Under the pieces are notes generated by a model that saw nothing but the letters and a program-made list of their open reading frames with translations, was not told the DNA's origin and did not search any database. This document shows positions 7,482 to 15,355 of a stretch of DNA of 19,859 nucleotides, one piece after another. Both the position numbers and the translations under genes were made by a program. The stretch is from Candidatus Hermodarchaeota archaeon (GTDB taxonomy: Archaea; Asgardarchaeota; Hermodarchaeia; Hermodarchaeales; Hermodarchaeaceae), in NCBI GenBank assembly GCA_016840065.1, contig JAEOTB010000015.1:1-19859 (forward strand), given 5' to 3'. The first letter of the stretch is position 1. The number at the start of each line of letters is the position of its first letter.

Positions 7482-9293
7482 ATGGTGACAACCTTGAAAT
7501 GGACTCTAAATGATTCCCGGCTAGTCTATGGAGTAGCCCGAAACGACCTCCACTTCCTCGACATCACACGCAAAGGCGACCTATGCGTCACCCTAGAAGG
7601 CACCAGCATCACCCTCAAAGAAATCATCCGACGCGTAGGCGCAAAAATCCGAGAACAGGGCTACACCCGAGCACCCAGCTTCACCCTCAGGATCCCCCAG
7701 CTCCTCACCACCCAGGTCGAGAAGATCTCAGGCATCTTCAAGAGGATAATCAAGGAGCAAAAATACGGAGGCAAGTTCCGCGCCGTCTACCCCATGAAGG
7801 TTAACCCCCGCTACCCCGCCGTCAAGGCCATCATCAACTCCAGCAAAGATTACGGCCTCGAAGTCGGCACCAAATCCGAACTCTACATCGTCCTCAAGAT
7901 GTGTGGTAAAGACAAGAGCCGGCTCATCATGTGCAACGGCGTCAAGGACGAAGAATACATCGAAATCGTCAGGCAAGCCCTCGAAGAAGGCTACAAGGTC
8001 TGGATCTCCATCGAATCCATCAAGGAGGCACAAATCGCCCTCGAACGTATCCCCAAGGAAAAACTCCAACTCGCTTTCCGTGTCAAACCTTACACCTCCA
8101 TCATCAGCCACTGGGGGGCTTCGGCGGGACGTCACTCGAAGTTCGGACTCGCCATTCATGACATCATCAACCTCGTTGACGTTTTGAAAGAAGCAAAGGC
8201 TGAATCCACTGTCGTGGCGATTCATGGCCACCCTGGCAGCCAGGTCCTCGGGAACATCCTCTCCTTCGGCGAATACATGGCTCGAGTCTACATCCACCTC
8301 CGAGAACTCGGCCTCGACCAGCTCACCGTCGTCAACATGGGCGGGGGACTCCCCATCAACTACGACAACCACCTCGACCCCGATGTCACCGAATCCTACA
8401 TTCTAGCTCTAGTCAAAGCCCTCAAAGACACAATTGGGAACAAATACCCACACCCCGACATTATGACCGAAGGCGGGCGCTGCCTCACCGCCCTCTATGC
8501 CCTTCTCGTAATACGCACCTTCGACCTCCGCCATATCTTCCCCGACCCCCTCCCTGGCGAAGCCCAACAAGCCAGAACCATCATCTCCAACATGCTCGAA
8601 GACACCGCTGACCCCCTTTCCGTCCTTGCGGCTTGGCGCAGTTGGCAGAAGACTCGCGTCCTCTACAAGGAGCTCCCCGATCTCCTCGAATACGAGCGAC
8701 TTTCTGGCACCATCAAACAACAGATTCGCCGCAAATTTGTCAAGAGCCCCAACTACGAAGCCTATACTGGCGAATCCGTCGCAAAGGACCTCCTGCGGGC
8801 AGAGCATATCCTCCTCGGTAACTTCAGCGTCTTCAACGGCGCCTGCGACCATGTCCTCGTTGGACAATACTTCCCTGTCATCCCCATCAGTCACCTCCAC
8901 ACGCAACCAGAAACTCTGGTGCGCCTGACGGATATCACCTGCGACTCAGATGGGGAGATTTCCACCTATCATCCACCCATCAGCGCTAAGTCCCTCTTCA
9001 CCCAAGATGGATTCCCTCTAACGACTACAAACCGGCAGACCTGGAAGGGATTCCCCATCGGTGACTTGAAATCCGCCCCTGACAACTACCTCATCATCGG
9101 ATTAGTAGGAGCCTATCAGGACATCATCGAAATGGATCACAATCTCGTTGGTGACCTACCCGATGTAGAACTCACCTTACAGAGTGATGGGCTCTGGGAT
9201 GTCAAATGGGTCGGTGCTGCCCAAACTATCCAAGACCTAGTTCGTGAAGTGGGTTTCACGCTACCCCAGCTAGACGACCCATATATCGACTGA
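7482..9293 (+). CDS. speA: Biosynthetic PLP-dependent arginine decarboxylase (fold type III)
   Basis: YPMKVN (PLP lysine), GLEVGTKSEL, CNGVKDEEYI, SKFGL, HxHxGSQ, NMGGGL, TEGGR, NFSVF, DITCDSDG, GAYQDI..HNL; 603 aa. Confidence 0.9.
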   Translation: MVTTLKWTLNDSRLVYGVARNDLHFLDITRKGDLCVTLEGTSITLKEIIRRVGAKIREQGYTRAPSFTLRIPQLLTTQVEKISGIFKRIIKEQKYGGKFRAVYPMKVNPRYPAVKAIINSSKDYGLEVGTKSELYIVLKMCGKDKSRLIMCNGVKDEEYIEIVRQALEEGYKVWISIESIKEAQIALERIPKEKLQLAFRVKPYTSIISHWGASAGRHSKFGLAIHDIINLVDVLKEAKAESTVVAIHGHPGSQVLGNILSFGEYMARVYIHLRELGLDQLTVVNMGGGLPINYDNHLDPDVTESYILALVKALKDTIGNKYPHPDIMTEGGRCLTALYALLVIRTFDLRHIFPDPLPGEAQQARTIISNMLEDTADPLSVLAAWRSWQKTRVLYKELPDLLEYERLSGTIKQQIRRKFVKSPNYEAYTGESVAKDLLRAEHILLGNFSVFNGACDHVLVGQYFPVIPISHLHTQPETLVRLTDITCDSDGEISTYHPPISAKSLFTQDGFPLTTTNRQTWKGFPIGDLKSAPDNYLIIGLVGAYQDIIEMDHNLVGDLPDVELTLQSDGLWDVKWVGAAQTIQDLVREVGFTLPQLDDPYID

Positions 9294-9312
9294 TTGTGGA
9301 GAATACAGGCTG

Positions 9313-9612
9313 TTAGTCTGCCAAAGAGACTCCTGTACCACCACACTTGTGACAAGCAACAGGAGGGTAGCCAGAATCTGGGTACGACCATCCTTTACCC
9401 TTACAATAAGAGCACCGTTCACCTGTAGCTCCACCCATCCCCTTACCTCTTGCTGAACCACGTTTACACTTGGGGCATTCCATTGGTTGAGCCTTATTCT
9501 CTAAGCTCAGCTTGGACCAACAACTCGTACAGCAGTTCCAAATTCCACAGCTGTTACAATTAAACAAATAATATTTTCTTGTGATGAACGAGTCACAAAG
9601 GGCACATCTCAT
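9313..9612 (-). CDS. 99-aa Cys-rich zinc protein: C4C4 RING-like finger + two DnaJ-type CxxCxGxG motifs
   Basis: Start reassigned to ATG 9612 (AAGGGG upstream; removes the overlap with the protease gene). Six CxxC pairs: CALC, CNSC, CTSC, CPKC, CSYCKGKG, CHKCGGTG. Confidence 0.75.
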   Translation of the reverse strand: MRCALCDSFITRKYYLFNCNSCGIWNCCTSCWSKLSLENKAQPMECPKCKRGSARGKGMGGATGERCSYCKGKGWSYPDSGYPPVACHKCGGTGVSLAD

Positions 9613-9643
9613 GAATTTTGCCCCTTCTTCCTGAATCCAAGGG

Positions 9644-9650
9644 AAAAAAA
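9644..9650 (-). terminator. Oligo-T tract, candidate archaeal terminator of the protease gene
   Basis: T7 on the minus strand 17 nt after the stop codon at 9668. Confidence 0.35.
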
Positions 9651-9667
9651 TCGTTGAAATAAAAGTG

Positions 9668-11572
9668 TTAGGTTCTACGGTGTTTGTATAGAACAACACC
9701 AGTCATAACAACGAGTGTTACGCATATCCCAGTTATTGTTAGTACAATAATCAGAGGGGCGGCTGCTCGCGTCGATACCACTACCATGATATCAGTAGAA
9801 AGAGTGTTCCCAAACGGGTCTGCAACACTTATCCTCAATCCATATGAGCCAAGGGACAGAACACCTAGACTCTCAAGGTACCCAGTACTGTTTATGGCGA
9901 AATCGGTTGTATCGTTTACCGCCCAAGAAGCAATTCCGGAAGGATCCATGGCCTCCAGCTGTAAGCCTAGGGCCTGCCCATAAAGGAGGAACTGGAAGGT
10001 AGGTTCTGTTATCCAAGTCGGGGGCTGGTTGTCGATGACTACGGTTACCTCTGAATTGATGGTGAACCGTTTACCTGAACCATTAAGCAGCATAGTGAGT
10101 GTGATGTTGTGGGGTCCTGCAGTCAATCCAGTCAATGTGAAATTGGTATCTAATCCCACATACTTGATGTAGCCATCAACGAAGAGGTCGTAGCGGTTGA
10201 TGCCTGGATCAGGGGCGACTCCTGTCCATTCCAGGTTATAGTCTGGGCCCCGTATTGTCGCTCCATCAGGAAGGTTGTCAAAGGAGACATAGACCCGATG
10301 AATTGAGATGTTGTACGAGTTACCGATTGCTCCCGCTACAACCATAGCGAACTTGTAGGGTTCAGACATGTAGGTATCTACTTCTCCTAGGCCGATGTCA
10401 AAGGCTGCATCAACCATGGTGAGGGATTCTGAGTGGGCGTCTATAACCTTCACAATTCCATGGCCTGACCCGATGCTCTCATCGATGTGGGTCAATAAGA
10501 CTCCACCATCTGGTAGGTATGAATCGTACCCGACCTTCTGTCGCACTTCAACCAGGAAGTACTCAGAGCTAGTTACAGGTATCTTGAGTAAGTGCACACC
10601 CGATGTGGCATACTCCAAGGGGTCGACAATCACACTATCCTCAATTGGCACCTCGACTATCTGTGCGCTAGAGACATAGCCAAGTTGCATCTTCGACCAA
10701 CCCATCATATGAGCAGGGCTCTCACCTAACCCGAAGGGTCCATTCCACGACCCAGATCCCATCAACCCAAAATACCCAATGAAATCCTCCTCACCATCAT
10801 AATCATAGAGATCAGGTAGACCCAGGTCATGACCATACTCGTGTGCAAGAACCCCGATATTAGCCTGATATCCTCCTATGCTCTCTTCGGGAGTAACCGA
10901 GGCACGACTGATGGGCTTCTCATCAGTGTAAATTGTGAACCCCGACCAAGAACAGGACCAATAATCTCGCCAATCATGACTGAGTTCCTGTCCCTGTCCA
11001 GCATGTATGATTGTGACATCATCATAGTCGGAATAGTCCACGTACGGGTCTGCAGCCTCGATAGCATCCCTAACCAAGGAGAACTTGGGCTGGCTGGGAT
11101 AGCCTGTGCCGAACACATACTGGTTTCGTGGGTTTCCCAGCTGGAGCCACATAGAAGTTGTGTTGCCTGTGACTCGCTGCAGCCCAAAGGAGTTCTCGTT
11201 GTAGTACTCGTCAAGAGTATCAATAGCACCAGAGGCGACCTCCTCAGGAGTAAAGGTATGGTTCTTGTCAGTAAATTCTACGAGAATGATAAGAAGCGTC
11301 CGAGAACCTATGGCAGCCTTTGAAGAAGAGGATGGCTGAAAAGGGGGGCGAACAACCAAACCATAGGGAGAAACGCAAGGAGAGTATGAAATCTTCTGTC
11401 TATAGGTTTCAGAAGCGGTTGGTGGAGCATCCTCTAGAATCACAGAGGGTTCAGAGCTGAAGCGAGCCTCCCGTCTACTATCAAATAAGGGTATCACCAT
11501 TAGGATGGCGAGAATGGTGATGAGAAGAACCTTCTCCAGCTTTGTGTTCCCTGGATTGGAAAGGAATACCAT
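9668..11572 (-). CDS. Surface-anchored M6 family (immune inhibitor A-like) zinc metalloprotease
   Basis: LIILVEFTD, YYNENSFG, IIHAGQGQE, HEYGHDLGLPDLYD, LMGSGSW, EYFLVEVRQ..GYD..LP..GVLLTHIDES. N-terminal signal, C-terminal beta-rich Ig-like domains, then TM + KHRRT; 8 N-x-S/T sequons. Confidence 0.93.
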   Translation of the reverse strand: MVFLSNPGNTKLEKVLLITILAILMVIPLFDSRREARFSSEPSVILEDAPPTASETYRQKISYSPCVSPYGLVVRPPFQPSSSSKAAIGSRTLLIILVEFTDKNHTFTPEEVASGAIDTLDEYYNENSFGLQRVTGNTTSMWLQLGNPRNQYVFGTGYPSQPKFSLVRDAIEAADPYVDYSDYDDVTIIHAGQGQELSHDWRDYWSCSWSGFTIYTDEKPISRASVTPEESIGGYQANIGVLAHEYGHDLGLPDLYDYDGEEDFIGYFGLMGSGSWNGPFGLGESPAHMMGWSKMQLGYVSSAQIVEVPIEDSVIVDPLEYATSGVHLLKIPVTSSEYFLVEVRQKVGYDSYLPDGGVLLTHIDESIGSGHGIVKVIDAHSESLTMVDAAFDIGLGEVDTYMSEPYKFAMVVAGAIGNSYNISIHRVYVSFDNLPDGATIRGPDYNLEWTGVAPDPGINRYDLFVDGYIKYVGLDTNFTLTGLTAGPHNITLTMLLNGSGKRFTINSEVTVVIDNQPPTWITEPTFQFLLYGQALGLQLEAMDPSGIASWAVNDTTDFAINSTGYLESLGVLSLGSYGLRISVADPFGNTLSTDIMVVVSTRAAAPLIIVLTITGICVTLVVMTGVVLYKHRRT

Positions 11573-11605
11573 TTCGAATCGTCCTTATCCCATTCTTGGC
11601 GACCG

Positions 11606-11623
11606 CTCATAAAAGTTTATGAG
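11606..11623. promoter_or_regulatory. Perfect 8-bp inverted repeat overlapping the probable protease promoter
   Basis: CTCATAAA-AG-TTTATGAG, 33 nt upstream of ATG 11572; reads TTTTATGA (TATA-like) on the minus strand. Confidence 0.55.
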
Positions 11624-11655
11624 AATTACAAGTGTGTATCAGTAAAATATTAGAA

Positions 11656-12852
11656 CTATTCCGTGGAATTTGACCTGAGTTGGGGGATTTTATCGAGGAT
11701 GTTCTTTAGGATGTACGCCTCCACCTGCTCCCGAAAATCTAATCCACCTATCCTTGTTATTTCGGCTAGCTCCTGAAGTACAACGTCCTTCGGTGAACGT
11801 TTCCATGGTAATCGCTTGTCCAGATCAAAGATAACCAGTTGTCCTATCTCTTCTAACGCTTTCCCCTGCTTGAGCAAATTCTCAACGACTATTCCAATCT
11901 TCTTCTTCAGGTAATCTTTTCTAAACTCAAGATCCCGTCTAGCAGCCAGCCAAACATATAGCTCTAGGAAATCGATGGGTGACCGAAGCTCGGGACCACT
12001 CCTAGGACTTTTCGGAAAGGCGTGGTGAATATACCCGTACTTGGGTTTCTCGTCTATTGAAATAGTCGGAGGAGGAAGTGACTCCACAAGTATCTCTTGA
12101 GCCGTTAGCGCTGATACCTCTTCTAGTGGGATATTGGCTTCCCCAATAACTTGGTGTAGATTATCGAGGACCTTCCTAAGGAGATGTGATTCTTCGGATT
12201 TTGATAGGAACTTCTCATAGCGTCGGAATTTAATTAATAATGAGTCGCGCAATCCGTGAATTAGTTCATCTACGGAATCAAGGTTGGTGTAGCGCAACCC
12301 ACATGCAATGACTCTTATTGCATCGGCGATAGTGCCCTCATCGTGATCCGCTAACCACCTGGTAATAAGAGATTCGAAGTATCCTTCACCGATTTTCCGA
12401 CGCTGCCTTATCACTGCCATTATGTTCTCTGTCGCTGGCTCGACTTCGTCTTTGACAACCTGTTGCAGGTTCTCAAGGCTATAGTTCTCGGTTTGTAGCT
12501 CTTTTCCTAAGCTATCATAAAGATACTCAATCCACTGCCCTTCTATGATCGAAACGCTCCTGATATAGGAGTCAACATCGGGAACTGGATTCCCTCGCTC
12601 TTCTCGACGAGTGAACTCGCTCATTATGATTGAGCAACATCGCTCAACATCAGTAATTGCTCCGTCCAACATGACACGATAAACTACTCTAGCCATTTCG
12701 ATGTGGACGCCGCACTGCTCTGCAATCGTTGATGCAGCTTCATCCGAGACTCGACGAACCTTCTCTTCAAAACTACCATGGGTCTCCTCAAATTCACTGG
12801 CAATACGTCGGCTTAATCTTCGTACCTCATCATCGTCGAAAAGCCGGCCCAT
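11656..12852 (-). CDS. Hypothetical 398-aa soluble helical protein
   Basis: Long ORF of charged helical composition. Start reassigned to ATG 12852 (MGRLFDDDE) with SD AGGTGGT at 12859-12865; the 49-codon upstream extension is AT-rich and looks intergenic. Confidence 0.8.
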   Translation of the reverse strand: MGRLFDDDEVRRLSRRIASEFEETHGSFEEKVRRVSDEAASTIAEQCGVHIEMARVVYRVMLDGAITDVERCCSIIMSEFTRREERGNPVPDVDSYIRSVSIIEGQWIEYLYDSLGKELQTENYSLENLQQVVKDEVEPATENIMAVIRQRRKIGEGYFESLITRWLADHDEGTIADAIRVIACGLRYTNLDSVDELIHGLRDSLLIKFRRYEKFLSKSEESHLLRKVLDNLHQVIGEANIPLEEVSALTAQEILVESLPPPTISIDEKPKYGYIHHAFPKSPRSGPELRSPIDFLELYVWLAARRDLEFRKDYLKKKIGIVVENLLKQGKALEEIGQLVIFDLDKRLPWKRSPKDVVLQELAEITRIGGLDFREQVEAYILKNILDKIPQLRSNSTE

Positions 12853-13077
12853 GTTGATACCACCTAGTATTATCTTGAGGGCTATGATAAACAGTCCTAG
12901 AAACACTCTGGTAACCCAACTATGGTCCGTATCTAAATAAGTCTTGTTAGTGATAAAAAGATAATACTTGATTAGGATGATCGGAATCCTGGGATTCACT
13001 GGAGTTAGGTGTATCCACTACCGGACCGGTTTACCATGGGAAATTTCTTACACCAAGGATTGGTGTTCTAACAGTGT

Positions 13078-13317
13078 TTACCGGGCGCCCTTACGCTTGA
13101 AAGTGAGCTTGATGGGACCCTCCTCAACTGGGACAAGCTGTCCTGCAATCAAGGCGACATCGAACGATATGAAGTCGAGGTAATACTTTGTAGTTTCGAT
13201 GAGTTGTTCACGTATAAGGGTAACGAAATTCTTTATGTTCTTCAACGCAGGCTTGATGTCATCCTTCGTGAGGATTACAGTTTTTCCTGACCTTTTGTCA
13301 ATCAGAGTTATTTCCAT
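13078..13317 (-). CDS. 79-aa small protein, Pepco/Trypco-like pattern
   Basis: SD GGAGGT 9 nt before ATG 13317. Helix (LKNIKNFVTLIREQL), strand (YYLDFISFDVAL), then terminal strand GPIKLTFKRK. The family resemblance is by eye. Confidence 0.65.
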   Translation of the reverse strand: MEITLIDKRSGKTVILTKDDIKPALKNIKNFVTLIREQLIETTKYYLDFISFDVALIAGQLVPVEEGPIKLTFKRKGAR

Positions 13318-13437
13318 TTCATGATAACCTCCATGAGTCAATTACTTACTGATTACAACGCATCCTGCTAAAATATTTTTCAGCGGGGGGAGCGAACACA
13401 TTTTATGTCGAGTTTGACAACTAAAGGGTGAAATACC

Positions 13438-13872
13438 ATGACTCGTGCCAGCACAAGTGGAGCAATCCTCCTCGTCGCAATAATTGTGTTAGGAGTGGCT
13501 ACACTTCTAGGCTTCAACTTCTACTCCTCCTTCGGTGAACAAGGATACCTACTAGTCTACCATTCCATCGGCACCTTCATCGGGGGAGCCATACTAATTG
13601 GAGTGGCCACCTATTTTGCCCTCCGATATGAACCCATGGAGTCTCCAAGCTCAGTTCAATCTAGATGGCGGATCAATGTCTGGAGCCGCCGAGGAGGCAC
13701 CTACATCATCGCAATGATCTTTATTGGCGTTCTACTCAACATTTTGACAGTTCAGACTACCTCGTCCTTCTCGACCTTCATCATTGTGCTTCAGGTTGTC
13801 AGTGCAACTCTCATTTGGCTTGGCGGCTTTGTATCCTCTCAGCTCCCCCAAGCTTTTCAACAGCCATCATAA
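13438..13872 (+). CDS. Hypothetical 4-TM membrane protein
   Basis: SD GGGTGA at 13426-13431, TTTTAT at 13401; two TM hairpins joined by a polar loop. Confidence 0.75.
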   Translation: MTRASTSGAILLVAIIVLGVATLLGFNFYSSFGEQGYLLVYHSIGTFIGGAILIGVATYFALRYEPMESPSSVQSRWRINVWSRRGGTYIIAMIFIGVLLNILTVQTTSSFSTFIIVLQVVSATLIWLGGFVSSQLPQAFQQPS

Positions 13873-13894
13873 TCCTTCGTATGGGTATGTTCTG

Positions 13895-14038
13895 TTAAAC
13901 TTCCTGGCTTTCGTAAACTACATCGCCGCAGCCAGGGCACTTGAACCTAACCACTTTGTATGTTTTACCATCAGAATCAGTCTTTGGCACAGAAGAAGCT
14001 GTGTCTTCCATAGCCTTACCACATTTTGGACAATCCAT
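13895..14038 (-). CDS. 47-aa CPxCG zinc-ribbon microprotein (not in ORF track)
   Basis: Manual translation: MDCPKCGKAMEDTASSVPKTDSDGKTYKVVRFKCPGCGDVVYESQEV*. Two CPxCG motifs; SD GGGTGA 9 nt upstream; no overlap with neighbours. Confidence 0.85.
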   Translation of the reverse strand: MDCPKCGKAMEDTASSVPKTDSDGKTYKVVRFKCPGCGDVVYESQEV

Positions 14039-14280
14039 TTCTTTCATTCACCCTTGAGGAATCTGTCTAGTCCTCGTCTTTCAGAGAAAATGACCGTCTT
14101 TCAAGGTCACTTCATTAAATCATCTGTTCAATTTGATATAATACTCTATCTACACCAAGTGAAGGAAAATCAGGCATTTATTTTCCAGTTCGGAAATTCG
14201 CTCTGCTAAATGTGACTAAGAACCAGCCCAGAAAACTCGGCAACCAAAAAGAATAATACATTCCAGAATAACAACTAGCC

Positions 14281-14625
14281 ATGCCTTCTATGTTTAATCC
14301 TCCTTTCCCCCAAATGATAAAGGGCCTTCCGCAAGCGGATGTCCCCCTCCCGGGTGTCCAGGCTTGGCTTTCTCAGGGAAAGGACCATCAGATTGTATTT
14401 TTCGAGATAGAGCCAACAGCCAAGGTACCTCCCCACTCCCATGGAGCCCAATGGGGAATCCTTGTTGAAGGCGAGATGTCCCTGACCATCGATGGCAAGA
14501 CCCAGCGGCTCAAGCCAGGCGACTCCTACTTCATCCCGGAAGGAGCGACTCATTCAGCGGTCTTCCACAGATTCTGCCGGGCAATCGACGTCTTCGCTGA
14601 CAAGGACAGATACAAGAGCAAGTAA
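14281..14625 (+). CDS. Cupin domain protein (Cupin_2-like)
   Basis: VPPHSHGAQWGILVEGEM and LKPGDSYFIPEGATHSA metal-binding motifs; IDVF. Confidence 0.93.
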   Translation: MPSMFNPPFPQMIKGLPQADVPLPGVQAWLSQGKDHQIVFFEIEPTAKVPPHSHGAQWGILVEGEMSLTIDGKTQRLKPGDSYFIPEGATHSAVFHRFCRAIDVFADKDRYKSK

Positions 14626-14759
14626 GAATCAAAGCCTATTCTAGCCCAGTCAGCTTTGTTAACAACAACAGAGAATAATGACGTTTGGGCTTCCTTTCTT
14701 GAACAATTAAATATGAAGAAGTCAATAGAACTTCCCTGAATATAGAAGGAAGGAAGCTT

Positions 14760-15155
14760 ATGGGACGTTTAAATATTGCAGGAGTCCTCTATGTTATCTC
14801 GCTATTTCTGTTGGTAGCAGGGATTGTCTTTGATTTCCTCACCATTCAACGTGACCTACTCCTAATCTTGGTCCTGGTGGTAGGATGCGCCTTTCTCGTT
14901 GCAGCCGTGTACCTCGCCTTCAGCGGGAAGACCTACACACCCAGTGAGGCAGACGAGTTCTCTATGATGTACAACGCAAGAAGAGCAGGCATCATTGGAG
15001 GGCTCATCCCACTATTCATAGGCATTGCCCTAATCATCTTGGATTATATCATTTTCCAACTATCCTACATTCGGCTACTCTATTATGGGATGTTGCTTAC
15101 CTCCGGTATAATAGCAATAATAGGTGGACTCCTAGCTCCAAAGAACACACAATAG
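14760..15155 (+). CDS. Hypothetical 4-TM membrane protein
   Basis: Four hydrophobic helices in two hairpins; purine-rich AGGAAGG upstream. Confidence 0.75.
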   Translation: MGRLNIAGVLYVISLFLLVAGIVFDFLTIQRDLLLILVLVVGCAFLVAAVYLAFSGKTYTPSEADEFSMMYNARRAGIIGGLIPLFIGIALIILDYIIFQLSYIRLLYYGMLLTSGIIAIIGGLLAPKNTQ

Positions 15156-15295
15156 GAACACCACAACCCCGGGTAGTACATAACTTAACCATAGGCGAAG
15201 CCATTGTTCTATTCCCGTACAATCGTTTTCTTCACAGATAAGAGCCTATACAAAACCAAATAGGATTGGATGTCAACGAGTTGTTGCAGCCTCAC

Positions 15296-15303
15296 TATTT
15301 ATA
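15296..15303 (+). promoter_or_regulatory. Candidate TATA box of the receptor operon
   Basis: TATTTATA about 52 nt before ATG 15356; SD-like GGAGATGA lies between them. Confidence 0.45.
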
Positions 15304-15355
15304 GGCTAGATTCCCTCTATTGATGGTATTCCAGTTTTGGAGATGAACCCGGGCC

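Noticed and set aside
7583-8928. Many overlapping and antisense ORFs inside speA (e.g. 7728..8372 -, 8409..8906 -)
   Set aside because: By-products of the NNC codon bias; no motifs; fully nested in a well-supported gene.
12853-12999. Hydrophobic N-terminal extension of the 447-aa ORF that looks like a TM segment
   Set aside because: AT-rich intergenic-like sequence; a good SD precedes ATG 12852.
14075-14103. 9-bp direct repeat CGTCTTTCA x2, 20 nt apart
   Set aside because: Only two short copies; not a CRISPR or iteron array; could be chance.
13784-14209. 141-aa plus-strand ORF
   Set aside because: Overlaps the 4-TM gene and is antisense to the better-supported CPxCG microprotein; no motif.
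13438-15155. The two 4-TM proteins as paralogues or toxin-immunity genes
   Set aside because: Similar topology only; no alignable sequence motif and no toxin gene nearby.
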